DNA of 64,000 nucleotides from Bdellovibrionales bacterium (GTDB lineage Bacteria > Bdellovibrionota > Bdellovibrionia > Bdellovibrionales > JAGQZY01): the NCBI GenBank assembly GCA_964230645.1, contig CAXRHT010000002.1:608001-672000 (forward strand), written 5' to 3'. The translations under genes and the position numbers were made by a program. The notes under the pieces were generated by a model, which had not been told where the DNA came from, did no database searches, and saw only the letters and a program-made list of their open reading frames with translations. Below are positions 45,837 to 55,266 of the stretch, piece after piece. Every line of letters begins with the position of its first letter. Position 1 is the first letter of the stretch.

Positions 45837-47540
45837 TTATTCAGTGACCTCACTGATGCAGCGAACACCGGCTCCTGAAAAATTTATGGTTTGATTTTGA
45901 TCAAAAGCAAAACGGTAGCGGCCAGCGGTCGTGCCATCAGCCCAAAGGCCTCCCACAAGTCCGGCTCTATTGTCTGAATTATGAAGCCAAAACTTATCTC
46001 CATGGAAGTTTTCACTCGTGATGGGTACGAGAAGATCATCACTTTGACAAGCCGGTGGCGGGTCTTCAGAGGCCACCACTGTACAATTCAACGGAATCCC
46101 TAAGGGAATATTTAAATATGTAAAGGAATCCAAATCTTCTGAAAAAACATCAGAAGGTGCTACCTGCTCATTAAATACCAGCCCTTCTAACCAGTCATTG
46201 CTTGGATCTAAAGTGGAAGCCACACCCACATTGGAGTCGATTTCATCGGATATCCATTCATAAGCATTTCCCACAAGATCTTGAATACCGTAACGGGAAA
46301 CACAATTGTTGGTCTCCTCACTCCCAGCAACAAAAAAACCATTGCCACTTGTACCGGCTAAAAAATCTATATTTGTCGGTGGGTAGGAATCATCCCAGGC
46401 CAAACCGTGGCCGGAGTCGGTGTTACAATTTCCAGAAACATCAAGGCCAGCCTCAAGGTCGGTAATATCACCATCATTCAATGAGGAATCCCAAGAGCTA
46501 TAAGCCATAAAATCTCTTCTTGAGGAGAGCTTCATGGCTTGGCTCACTCCATCAACTTGCACACTGCGACCATTACAATAGGCAGCCGACTGTGTTTGTG
46601 AGGTGCGTGTGAAAGCGGGTACTTTGGCTAAGTTTCCTGACATAGCGATCTGCTGAGCGACCGAGCTACTAGAAAAAGCCTGCCAGGTTCCCGCACCATC
46701 TGTATTGATATAACAATGCCTTGTTCCTCTTCTATAGTAAACTGAATTCAAACTCGCAGTAATACCCGCTCCATTAGGATCGGCCGTACCATAGCAGTCG
46801 GTCGTTGACGACGCATCACCCGGGTCATGAGCGGAACATTGCCCCTGAGAATAGACACAGGAATTTTCAAAGCGGTCCACGAGCAAATGTTTGCCAAAAT
46901 CATAGTAGCCTTGTCCTTCAATAAGCTCTCCCCCAAAACCATTGAAAGGACAACGATAGTTTTCATCAAGCTCAACCCCTTGAGTCTCTCCCACACCACG
47001 CCCCATCTGTGAGCAAATATCGAGATTGACCATCCAGCGATGAACAAAAGAAAGGTTGGCCTGTGGTTTTATGATCTCAATTTCAGGAAGAAGACTCTCG
47101 CCTCGATATTCCTTGCCGTCGAGAACAATAGCCACTTGGTAAATATAACTCTGTCCAAGAACTAAAGAGGAGTCGGTGTCAATAAATCGAGTCTCAGAAA
47201 CAGTCGCAATCTTATTACTAAAATTATTTACGCCTTTAAGCCGACGGTAAACGGCGTATTCCACTTGGCCTTCAAAATCAGGCACCTGTGGCGTGGTCCA
47301 TGCCAGTCGAACGCAATGATTGGCCCCCTCACACTGAGAAGCGGTGTATCCACTTTCACTCAAGATATCTCCATTGCGATCCGTCTTTGGACCAATGCTA
47401 AAGACTTGCGAGTAATAAATATTTTGGGGAGAATAGACGGGCAATGACTCCGGAGTACCAGGGAGCATAACATCCGTACAGTGACACAGAAACAGAAAAA
47501 GTCCCAAAACGAGACGCTCAAACAATCGACGTACCTTCAT
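45837..47540 (-). CDS. Lipoprotein with FN3-like domain and FGE-sulfatase/C-type-lectin-fold C-terminal domain
   Basis: Lipobox-like LCHC; LAWT...YAVYRR...YIYQV (FN3); CVSRYGIQDLVGNAYEW...GGLW...GVRC. Confidence 0.7.
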   Translation of the reverse strand: MKVRRLFERLVLGLFLFLCHCTDVMLPGTPESLPVYSPQNIYYSQVFSIGPKTDRNGDILSESGYTASQCEGANHCVRLAWTTPQVPDFEGQVEYAVYRRLKGVNNFSNKIATVSETRFIDTDSSLVLGQSYIYQVAIVLDGKEYRGESLLPEIEIIKPQANLSFVHRWMVNLDICSQMGRGVGETQGVELDENYRCPFNGFGGELIEGQGYYDFGKHLLVDRFENSCVYSQGQCSAHDPGDASSTTDCYGTADPNGAGITASLNSVYYRRGTRHCYINTDGAGTWQAFSSSSVAQQIAMSGNLAKVPAFTRTSQTQSAAYCNGRSVQVDGVSQAMKLSSRRDFMAYSSWDSSLNDGDITDLEAGLDVSGNCNTDSGHGLAWDDSYPPTNIDFLAGTSGNGFFVAGSEETNNCVSRYGIQDLVGNAYEWISDEIDSNVGVASTLDPSNDWLEGLVFNEQVAPSDVFSEDLDSFTYLNIPLGIPLNCTVVASEDPPPACQSDDLLVPITSENFHGDKFWLHNSDNRAGLVGGLWADGTTAGRYRFAFDQNQTINFSGAGVRCISEVTE

Positions 47541-47547
47541 AGCTCTC

Positions 47548-47574
47548 TTATCGGTGCCAAGTAGGATAACTTAA
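47548..47574 (-). promoter_or_regulatory. Sigma-28 promoter, near-leaderless
   Basis: Minus strand TTAA-N15-ACCGATAA, 7 nt before the ATG at 47540. Confidence 0.65.
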
Positions 47575-47647
47575 TCTAATCTCACCCTTATAGCCCCCAT
47601 TAAATCATTACCCCGATAAAATTAGGGGTAATTTGAAGAAATAAATT

Positions 47648-47674
47648 TCAATATCGTTTTTAAATAGCCGATTA
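47648..47674 (+). promoter_or_regulatory. Sigma-28 promoter of the kinase gene
   Basis: TCAA-tatcgtttttaaata(15)-GCCGATTA. Confidence 0.65.
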
Positions 47675-47749
47675 ATTAACCGTGACTGAAGGATAAACCC
47701 TTATTTTTAAATAATATTTGTCATAACCGAAGCAAAAGGAAAAAAAGAG

Positions 47750-49705
47750 TTGAGAACGATAGTACAGAAGTTGCAGTATTATTTGAAAAAAGTTTCGCTA
47801 CTAGGAATATCAAAAACCGAAACAGAATCCTCAAATAGGGTCACAATTTTTACCAACTTGATGGTCGTTATTGGTGTTTCAACAGGTACGAGCCTTTGTT
47901 TGCAAATACACCTCAACGGTATTTCTATTGTTTACTGCCTAGGAATTATTGGAGTGATACTAGTGTCCTTGGCGGTACTACTCCTGAATCATAGAAAGAA
48001 GTATTTTCAGGCGCGCTGTCTTGCAACATTCACTATAACAGCCATGGGGTGGAATTCTATTCTAGTTTTCGGGGGAGAGTTTCATGGAGAATACTCTTTT
48101 TTTGTCGGACTGATCTATAGCATTCTTGCATTTTCCGACAGGAAAAATTCGACCCGACTTTTCGCAGCTTCTCTGGTAAGTAGTAATTTAGCTATTAATG
48201 ATCTACTTCAATATCAGGAAATGGAGTCCATCACAGGATTGGTCCTTAAAGATTTTCCGGTGGTCGTATTGGTTACAAACAGTCTTCTTTTTGCTGGACT
48301 TGTAGGCACAATGATTTGGGTGGAGAAAAACAAAGCGGATAGTTACGAAGCCGATCTTAAACTGGCCTTATCAAACATAAAGAAAGAGAAGCAGAGAATT
48401 CAAGTCATTTTTGATAACGTCTCTCAAGGTATTATAACAGTGAATCAACAGTTAGCGATTGAACCTGACTACTCCTCTTTTACTGATGAGATTTTTCCAG
48501 GGAAGAATCTAGCGGGCCAAGATTTGATCGATTCGATTTTATCAAGAAGCACTCTTAGTGCTGACGAGCTACAGAAAATAAAGACGAGTATAGAATTTAG
48601 TTTGGGAGAAGACGAGCTCAATTGGGAAATGAATAAAGTGCACCTCCCCAAAGATCTCACAATCGTCGCTAATGATTCTACAAGATGCCTGGACCTTAAT
48701 TGGTCTCCTATTATCGAAAACTCTCAGGTAACCCAGGTCATCCTAAGCGTGACTGACGTGACAGAAAAAATGCAAGCGAACCAACTCCGTGAAGAGTCAG
48801 AAAAACAAACCCTTATGACCCAAGCTATTTTCGGTGTTATCGCCCATTGTGGAGTTAGCCAACTCACCGAAATAAATGTGACTCTCGAAAATATTGTTGC
48901 CAGTCTGAAGAGTGGTGATTTTAAAAAGAATCGATTAATATTTTCACGGGATCTTCATAGTTTAAAGGGAGAGGCCCGCCTTGTAAAACTTAACGACTTA
49001 GCAAACGAGATTCATCTACTGGAGTCAGAGATAGCCAATCAGGAAAACATTGAGGAAAATACCAAGGGCTACGCAAAATCCCTCTCTCTTTTTCTGAAAG
49101 CTTCGAACAAAATCACAAGCTCCATAAGAACCCAGCAAGAAAACTCGTGGTCTCTTCTAAGCTTTGCCGGAGCTCTCAAAGAAAGAACGAAAACACAAAT
49201 GACCTCATCGAACTCATTGGCAAACGAAGTGACTTTCTATTGTGAAGACGCGGTGAATGAATGGCCGGTTTCCTATATCAAACCTGTACAACAAATACTT
49301 CTTCATTCCGTGCAGAATTGTATTGATCACGGCTATATATTGCCTAAATTAGACCGGAAAATAGAGATTAAAATTTCTGCCCAAATGGAAAACCAGGAAA
49401 TTAAAATTCAAATTGAAGATTGTGGTGCTGGTTTAAACATGACCAAGATTATTTCGAAGTGGGAAAGTCTCCCTGAAGACCAAAAGTCCCTTTACCCGCA
49501 GCCTCTAGACCTTCTATTTTCTGATAATTTATCGACAGCCACAGAGGTGAGTTTAACCAGTGGACGTGGTGTTGGATTGGCGGCTGTGAAAGCGACCGTT
49601 GACAATATAGGCGGCCGAGTGAGTCTTAGTAATAATGCCGATGGCCCCGGCACCTGTTTAACGACCTATCTACCCCTTCCTCAAACTGCTAAGAAAGCCG
49701 CGTGA
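47750..49705 (+). CDS. Membrane-bound CheA-like (class II) histidine kinase: TM sensor, PAS-like, HPt, HATPase
   Basis: About 6 TM helices; IFDNVSQGI (PAS start); LHSLKG (HPt); QNCIDHG, EDCGAG, STATEVSLTSGRGVGLAAVK. No CheW domain. Confidence 0.82.
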   Translation: MRTIVQKLQYYLKKVSLLGISKTETESSNRVTIFTNLMVVIGVSTGTSLCLQIHLNGISIVYCLGIIGVILVSLAVLLLNHRKKYFQARCLATFTITAMGWNSILVFGGEFHGEYSFFVGLIYSILAFSDRKNSTRLFAASLVSSNLAINDLLQYQEMESITGLVLKDFPVVVLVTNSLLFAGLVGTMIWVEKNKADSYEADLKLALSNIKKEKQRIQVIFDNVSQGIITVNQQLAIEPDYSSFTDEIFPGKNLAGQDLIDSILSRSTLSADELQKIKTSIEFSLGEDELNWEMNKVHLPKDLTIVANDSTRCLDLNWSPIIENSQVTQVILSVTDVTEKMQANQLREESEKQTLMTQAIFGVIAHCGVSQLTEINVTLENIVASLKSGDFKKNRLIFSRDLHSLKGEARLVKLNDLANEIHLLESEIANQENIEENTKGYAKSLSLFLKASNKITSSIRTQQENSWSLLSFAGALKERTKTQMTSSNSLANEVTFYCEDAVNEWPVSYIKPVQQILLHSVQNCIDHGYILPKLDRKIEIKISAQMENQEIKIQIEDCGAGLNMTKIISKWESLPEDQKSLYPQPLDLLFSDNLSTATEVSLTSGRGVGLAAVKATVDNIGGRVSLSNNADGPGTCLTTYLPLPQTAKKAA

Positions 49706-49726
49706 GTTAAATCATTATTCTTACAT

Positions 49727-50296
49727 TTATTTAGTACCATCCAAACAGACTTCCACCTGTTTTAGGTGATTCATAAAAACACGGTCCATGGTCGTCGCCG
49801 ATGTATTGACCACACTCGCCACTCCCACCACAAACTCATCATCAGTGGTGTAAGTACCGGGCATTGCAACACAGGGCCCACCGCCCACCTCAACATGACC
49901 AATAGCAACTCCGACACTTCCTGTCGGATCCTCTGTCCAAGTTCGATAATCAGGACATGTTCCCCCACAATTGCAAATATTGCCTGAATTATAACAAGCA
50001 TCATCGTTGGGAATCTCGATAATCTCAGTTCCGTTAGAGGCTCTGAGCCTATAATTTTGCACTCCAGCCGGTTGAAATCCCGTTTGAACCAAATCACCAG
50101 GAAAAACGTTAAATTCTGTTCGAGTGGCATGGGCAGCGACATAATAAGTTTCTAACATTTTTAGCCCTCCCTGCCTGAGAGCACGTCCCTTAAAAGATTT
50201 GTAACTTGGGATGGCCATGGTGGAAAGAATTCCGATCAATGCGACCACAACGAGAAGTTCGATCAGAGAAAACCCGGACTGATTGTTGTATTTCAT
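49727..50296 (-). CDS. Type IV pilin-like protein
   Basis: Start MKYNNQSG at 50296; prepilin site G|FSLIELLVVVALIGILS; 6 Cys in the globular head. Confidence 0.88.
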   Translation of the reverse strand: MKYNNQSGFSLIELLVVVALIGILSTMAIPSYKSFKGRALRQGGLKMLETYYVAAHATRTEFNVFPGDLVQTGFQPAGVQNYRLRASNGTEIIEIPNDDACYNSGNICNCGGTCPDYRTWTEDPTGSVGVAIGHVEVGGGPCVAMPGTYTTDDEFVVGVASVVNTSATTMDRVFMNHLKQVEVCLDGTK

Positions 50297-50632
50297 ACTA
50301 TCCCTTTTCTTGAACCGCCAAAAAGCTGTAGGAATTTTAATGTAATAACAGTTCAAATATTAATGCCGAGCTTATATCAAGTATATTTGTTAATTTTTAT
50401 CAGGGCAAAATAATAACTAAGACTGTTAGCTTCTGAGACCCTTTTCCAACCTTATTGAGACAACGGCACTAAGCCCCCTCCAGTAAATTTAAGCACTGCC
50501 GTTCGAAAATGTTCCTCTCTCATACTGTTTCCATAAAAAAACATAGAGGACCTGCACAAAATCACGCACCCCGCTATAGACGCTTCCCCCCTGTAGTGCT
50601 TCAATAAGGAGTCAATAAAAATGAGGTGTCCC

Positions 50633-51409
50633 ATGAAAAGTATGTTCAAGATTTTTGTGAGCTGTGCAATGCTTACGGGTCTAGCGGCCTGTGTCTCCAA
50701 CAGTACGCATGAAGATCTTCAAAACAGATATCAAAGCTTGCAACAAGAGCAGGAACAAGCCCAAACCAAAATTGCAGAACTGGAAACTTTGATCGCCCAG
50801 TTGGAACAAGACCTGGGAAAAGCCAGTGCCAATAAAAAATCCATGAGCCAGTCGATCAGCCATATGAAAGAGGCTCTCAAAGAAGCCTCGGAGCGCAAAA
50901 AGGAAGTGGAAAAGCGCTTGGATGAATTTAGAAAGCTTATCTCACGCTTTAAATCCTTAACCGACGCGGGAGAGCTTTCTATTCAAATCAAAGACGGTCG
51001 AATGGTTGTGGTCCTTCCCAGTGATGTTTTATTCAACTCCGGGTCAGCGAACCTCTCATCAAAAGGAACACAAACCATCCAAAAAGTGGCCAAACTGCTA
51101 GTCACCATTGCTGATAAACAGTTTCAAGTGGAAGGTCATACCGACAATGTGCCCATCCGTTCGGCTCGATTTCCCTCAAACTGGGAATTGGCCTCAGGTC
51201 GTGCGTTGACAGTCCTAAAAATTATGGTCGACGCTGGTATGCCGGAGAACCGAATCAGTGCGGCAAGCTTCGCTGACACAAAACCAGTGGCTAGTAATTC
51301 GACCGAAGAGGGTAAAGCTCTTAATCGACGCATCGATATCGTGGTTATTCCCGATCTCTCTTTACTTCCTGGATACGAGGAACTGCAACGTTACTCGCAA
51401 GAGAAGTAA
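50633..51409 (+). CDS. OmpA/MotB-family peptidoglycan-binding lipoprotein with coiled coil
   Basis: GAGGTG RBS, lipobox LAAC, heptad coiled coil, and motifs VLFNSGSA, VEGHTDN, SNWELASGRA, NRRIDI. Confidence 0.88.
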   Translation: MKSMFKIFVSCAMLTGLAACVSNSTHEDLQNRYQSLQQEQEQAQTKIAELETLIAQLEQDLGKASANKKSMSQSISHMKEALKEASERKKEVEKRLDEFRKLISRFKSLTDAGELSIQIKDGRMVVVLPSDVLFNSGSANLSSKGTQTIQKVAKLLVTIADKQFQVEGHTDNVPIRSARFPSNWELASGRALTVLKIMVDAGMPENRISAASFADTKPVASNSTEEGKALNRRIDIVVIPDLSLLPGYEELQRYSQEK

Positions 51410-51438
51410 GCTTGAGAGGCACACTTGCTTTTAAAAAT

Positions 51439-51470
51439 AAAAAAAAGGGGCTTTTAAAGCCCCTTTTTTT
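51439..51470. terminator. Bidirectional terminator
   Basis: AAAAAAAAGGGGCTT-tt-AAAGCCCCTTTTTTT between convergent genes. Confidence 0.8.
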
Positions 51471-51490
51471 ATTTTGCTTTTCTATTTTTT

Positions 51491-52450
51491 CTATTCTTTT
51501 TTGGCCTGCAACTTAAAGGTTTTGAGCCATTCATAAAAGTAACGGAAGTTATCGAAAATAGAATCTTTTATCAAAAACTTCACTGCCACAAGCCGTACCC
51601 GAAAACGGTCGGGATTATAGAGGAAGGAAAAGTTCACCATCTTTTTTAGAAGATAAATGGATATTTTTTTCTTTTTCTGAGCTCGGTACAAAATAGTTTG
51701 AATGTTGAGCCCTAATTTTTGACAAAGAAAAAGAGTAAAGAAACAAGATTTGTACAAATTGGCCTGCTCGGCTTTTTGCCAAAAAGACTCCCAATCCATC
51801 TTATCTTTGTTTCTTTCCACATATTTAAAAATATCCATCAACCAATAAAGTCTGGAGTAGGCATGTTGAAAGGCCACATGTCCACAAAGGTGAATAAGCT
51901 GATTCTCACGACTGAGCTGGTGAAAGCCTTCCACTTTGGACTTTCCAAGATCCTCATCTGTTTTAAGAGAGGTGTGCCAAAAGAGCTGAGTGTGAATTTC
52001 AATAGTGAGCCTGATATCATCCACCGTTTTAACAAAAATATGTTTGTGGCGATTTCCAAGCCAACGCGCGATCTTCTTTTTCTCGTACCCATACATTTTC
52101 AAAATATCAGTGAGTCTCCAAAGCTGATCATAGGAGACAAGGAGATCAATATCGGAAACAAAGCGCTCTCCCCAGTCTTTATAAATCTCTCCCATAAGAG
52201 AAAAGCCTTTTAACAGATAAACTTGAATGTTCTCTTTTTTTAGATCTTCTCCAATGGTTTCAAGCTCCTGCTTGGCAATGGAGTTGCGATTGTGCTGACT
52301 CTTCCAATAAGGATAATAAACCTTGTTCTGCGTTCTTAAATAGGCATGTCCTGTTAGTTTATGACGTTTTAAAAAATCCATATTCCATTCATCTGTGACT
52401 CGCGAATTTTGTGTTTCACTTTTGTTGATAACCTGTGGACTCAATTCCAT
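51491..52450 (-). CDS. Nucleotidyltransferase family protein (NTP_transf_5-like)
   Basis: Motifs LLKG, ERFVSDIDLLV, IEIH, LIHLCGH and WLMDI. Confidence 0.75.
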   Translation of the reverse strand: MELSPQVINKSETQNSRVTDEWNMDFLKRHKLTGHAYLRTQNKVYYPYWKSQHNRNSIAKQELETIGEDLKKENIQVYLLKGFSLMGEIYKDWGERFVSDIDLLVSYDQLWRLTDILKMYGYEKKKIARWLGNRHKHIFVKTVDDIRLTIEIHTQLFWHTSLKTDEDLGKSKVEGFHQLSRENQLIHLCGHVAFQHAYSRLYWLMDIFKYVERNKDKMDWESFWQKAEQANLYKSCFFTLFLCQKLGLNIQTILYRAQKKKKISIYLLKKMVNFSFLYNPDRFRVRLVAVKFLIKDSIFDNFRYFYEWLKTFKLQAKKE

Positions 52451-52662
52451 AACGGCACCTCGCTTTTAATGGTTGAAGGATGAAGGATTTCAAACCCTTT
52501 CAAAGGGTTTGAAAAATTTAGTCTTTGTTTTTTAAGGAAATTAAAGTGAAAGAAGCCCAGGGAACCGAGAATGTGGAACCAATGATGCGCTTTCGAAAAA
52601 AGGAAACGATTTTCAAAAATAAAATCCACCCTTTTGAAGCTGAAAGGTGAAATTCCTTTCAA
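52441..52662 (-). CDS. Small hypothetical protein overlapping the nucleotidyltransferase start
   Basis: TTG start with AGGAGA RBS; its stop overlaps the next start by 10 nt. Confidence 0.35.
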   Translation of the reverse strand: MKGISPFSFKRVDFIFENRFLFSKAHHWFHILGSLGFFHFNFLKKQRLNFSNPLKGFEILHPSTIKSEVPLWN

Positions 52663-52731
52663 CTCTCCTGGCTATCATAAAACTCTTAAAGCCTGCTTGT
52701 AAGGGGCCAACAAAGAACCTGGCCTAAAGTC

Positions 52732-53151
52732 TTACTTAATCATTTCAGACTGAAAGGAATGCGGGAGGAGATCTTTTAAAGTATGAGTTTTAAGCAGCTC
52801 ATCTTTGTTGCCAAGATAAATAGGAAGATCGGGCTTTCCAAACTCGATCAGAGACTGCAAACATAGTCCGCAGGGTGGAATAGCCTCTTTTGGGTTTGAT
52901 GAGGTAATAACAACCCACTCCAATTCAATGTCTTTTCCGAATTGGCTCACGGCACTGACAAGGGCGGAACGCTCAGCGCAAATAGTGCCACCGTAACTGG
53001 CATTTTCAACATTCACCCCCCTCACCCACTCTTTACGACCCTTAAGTTTTATCACACTCGCCACTTGAAATTTTGAGTAGGGAGCATAGGCCTTTGAACG
53101 ACTCTTTTGAGCCTCTTTAAAGGCCTCTTTGATCTCATCATTAAAGCTCAT
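52732..53151 (-). CDS. cdd: Cytidine deaminase (homotetrameric type)
   Basis: Motifs AYAPYSKFQV, NVENASYGGTICAERSA and PPCGLCLQ. Confidence 0.93.
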   Translation of the reverse strand: MSFNDEIKEAFKEAQKSRSKAYAPYSKFQVASVIKLKGRKEWVRGVNVENASYGGTICAERSALVSAVSQFGKDIELEWVVITSSNPKEAIPPCGLCLQSLIEFGKPDLPIYLGNKDELLKTHTLKDLLPHSFQSEMIK

Positions 53152-53265
53152 TGGTCTTACCCTTTCTAGATTGTTTCTCCCTTAAAGGATCGCAAATTCT
53201 GGGCTCTCTGGCCACTCTCACCTCACCCCTGTCCTTTATTTTGTAATTGACATCATACGTTATCA

Positions 53266-53763
53266 ATGAAAAATACCAGTGTGGATAATTCTGAACTCCT
53301 AAAACATTCCAAAACCTGGGATCGCACCGGCGTTTTCGTGGCCGCTCTTTGCCTGGTTCATTGCCTCGCTCTGCCATTCATTATGGCCGCCATGCCTGCC
53401 ACAAGAGCCTTTTTTGATAGCATTGTCTTAGAGCTTGTTATTTTATTTTTAGGGGTCGTCATCGGAACCATTTCCTTTATCACAAGTTTCAAAAAGCACC
53501 GCAAATTCGGCCCTATGATTTTAGGAGCCCTCGGTGTATTCTTTTTGGTAGCAAATTTAGGCATCATCCGCTGGACAGCCGAACACTCACACTTCCTTGG
53601 TACAAGCTTCAGGGTCAACGAATTAGAAATTGATCCCCTGATGATCCTTGGTGGAATATTTCTAGTGGCTGGTCATATGTGGAATATCCACGCTTGTCAC
53701 TGCTTCTGTGATGCCGATTGTGGGCATGAACATCCTGATCATTCCCAGGATCATTCGCACTAA
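53266..53763 (+). CDS. MerC-domain membrane protein with Cys/His-rich tail
   Basis: WDRTG...LCLVHCLALP, 4 TM helices, GH.WN, tail CHCFCDADCGHEHPDHSQDHSH. Confidence 0.8.
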   Translation: MKNTSVDNSELLKHSKTWDRTGVFVAALCLVHCLALPFIMAAMPATRAFFDSIVLELVILFLGVVIGTISFITSFKKHRKFGPMILGALGVFFLVANLGIIRWTAEHSHFLGTSFRVNELEIDPLMILGGIFLVAGHMWNIHACHCFCDADCGHEHPDHSQDHSH

Positions 53764-53777
53764 AAGGAGTCAGCCAC

Positions 53778-55265
53778 TTGAAACACTCACTGTCTTATCG
53801 AAAAACTAAGATCGTTGCGACGATCGGTCCAGCCTCTTGGGATAAAAAAACTCTCGGTGAAATGGTCCAATCAGGCTTAAGTGTCGCAAGGCTTAACTTC
53901 AGTCACGGTGATTTTTCACAACACAAAGACACAGTGGAGAAATTACGAGAACTCTCAGAAGAGCTCGGCGCTCCCGTTGGTATCCTACAAGATTTGCAAG
54001 GACCAAAAATTCGCTTAGCAAAGTTTGAGGGTGAATTTGACGTGGTCCGCGGCGATAGCCTCACACTCACTGATCAAAAATCTTCAGATCCAAAAGTCTT
54101 ACAGGTGGATTTAAAAAATCTCTCTGAATACGTTAAAAAAGATCAATCCATTTTTATTGATGACGGCATCATTGAATTAAAAGTCACAAAAGTAAAAGAC
54201 CATAAAATATACTGCGAAGTTATTTATGGAGGCACAATACGCCCTAGAAAAGGGGTCAATCTTCCTGACGCTAAACTCCCTATTCCCTCAATGACTAAAA
54301 AAGATGAGAAGGATTTAAAAGAGGGTGTTTCCTTAGGCTTTGATTATGTGGCCTTAAGTTTTGTTCGCACCGCTGATGATATTAAAAAACTAAAAAAGAA
54401 ATTAGAAAAATACGGCTCCCCGGCTCGAGTGATCGCAAAGATTGAGAAAAAAGAGGCCATTGAAAATATTGAAGCCATTGTGGATGAAGCCGACGGAATT
54501 ATGGTGGCCAGAGGCGACCTTTCTGTGGAGGTCGGCCAAATTCATTTGCCCACGATTCAAAAAAGAATCATTCGCCTTTGTAACCGCAAAGGAAAGCCTG
54601 TCATCACAGCCACCCAAATGCTTGATAGCATGCAAGTCAACTCTCGCCCCACCCGGGCTGAGATCACTGACGTGGCCAATGCCGTGCTTGATGGCTCTGA
54701 TGCCTTGATGCTCTCTGGAGAGTCCGCTTTTGGTAAACACCCGGTGCGGTCGGTAACCACCATGCACGAGATTATCACCGAAGTGGAAAAGCAGCCTCAC
54801 ATCTACTACCGCTTTAAAAACAGAAAACGCGATCAGTTCACCGTACCTGAGAGTATTGCTATCTCGGCTGTACTTTGCTCCAAGCAACTCAATGCGCGTG
54901 CGATTGTTTGCATGTCTACTACTGGAAAAACCGCACAGATGATTTCTAAATATCGTCCAAAATCAAAACTCATTGCGGTCACCGCAAAGGCGGAAGCTCT
55001 TTGCAAACTGGAACTCTGCTGGGGTGTACAAACCTTAAAAACAGCCCAATACAACAACACCGAAGAAGCCATCGCCAATGTCGAACAAACGCTTCTTACC
55101 AACGGCATTCTTGAACCGGGAGACGAAGTGGTGCTCACTCTTGGAGTTCCCGTGGCTCAGGGGCAAAAAACCAATGCTGTGCGTGTTTTCACCCTGGGGG
55201 ACCATTCCAACAAACAACAGGTGGCAAAAACAAAAGCCATCAGGTTTCAAAAGAAATCAAAGTAA
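53778..55265 (+). CDS. pyk: Pyruvate kinase
   Basis: Motifs RKTKIVATIGP, RLNFSHG, DLQGPKIR, IAKIE, MVARGDL, ATQMLDSM and MLSGESA. Confidence 0.97.
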   Translation: MKHSLSYRKTKIVATIGPASWDKKTLGEMVQSGLSVARLNFSHGDFSQHKDTVEKLRELSEELGAPVGILQDLQGPKIRLAKFEGEFDVVRGDSLTLTDQKSSDPKVLQVDLKNLSEYVKKDQSIFIDDGIIELKVTKVKDHKIYCEVIYGGTIRPRKGVNLPDAKLPIPSMTKKDEKDLKEGVSLGFDYVALSFVRTADDIKKLKKKLEKYGSPARVIAKIEKKEAIENIEAIVDEADGIMVARGDLSVEVGQIHLPTIQKRIIRLCNRKGKPVITATQMLDSMQVNSRPTRAEITDVANAVLDGSDALMLSGESAFGKHPVRSVTTMHEIITEVEKQPHIYYRFKNRKRDQFTVPESIAISAVLCSKQLNARAIVCMSTTGKTAQMISKYRPKSKLIAVTAKAEALCKLELCWGVQTLKTAQYNNTEEAIANVEQTLLTNGILEPGDEVVLTLGVPVAQGQKTNAVRVFTLGDHSNKQQVAKTKAIRFQKKSK

Positions 55266-55266
55266 A

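Noticed and set aside
45837..46300. Complete diversity-generating retroelement
   Set aside because: Only a target-like fold; no reverse transcriptase, avd or template repeat seen in the window.
47607..47632. CCCGATAA as another sigma-28 box
   Set aside because: No -35 at 15 nt; it is part of a TTACCCC...GGGGTAA hairpin instead.
38710..50450. Genomic island integrated at tRNA-Met
   Set aside because: No integrase or transposase, and I found no duplicate of the tRNA 3' end; orphan secreted genes are normal for this kind of genome.
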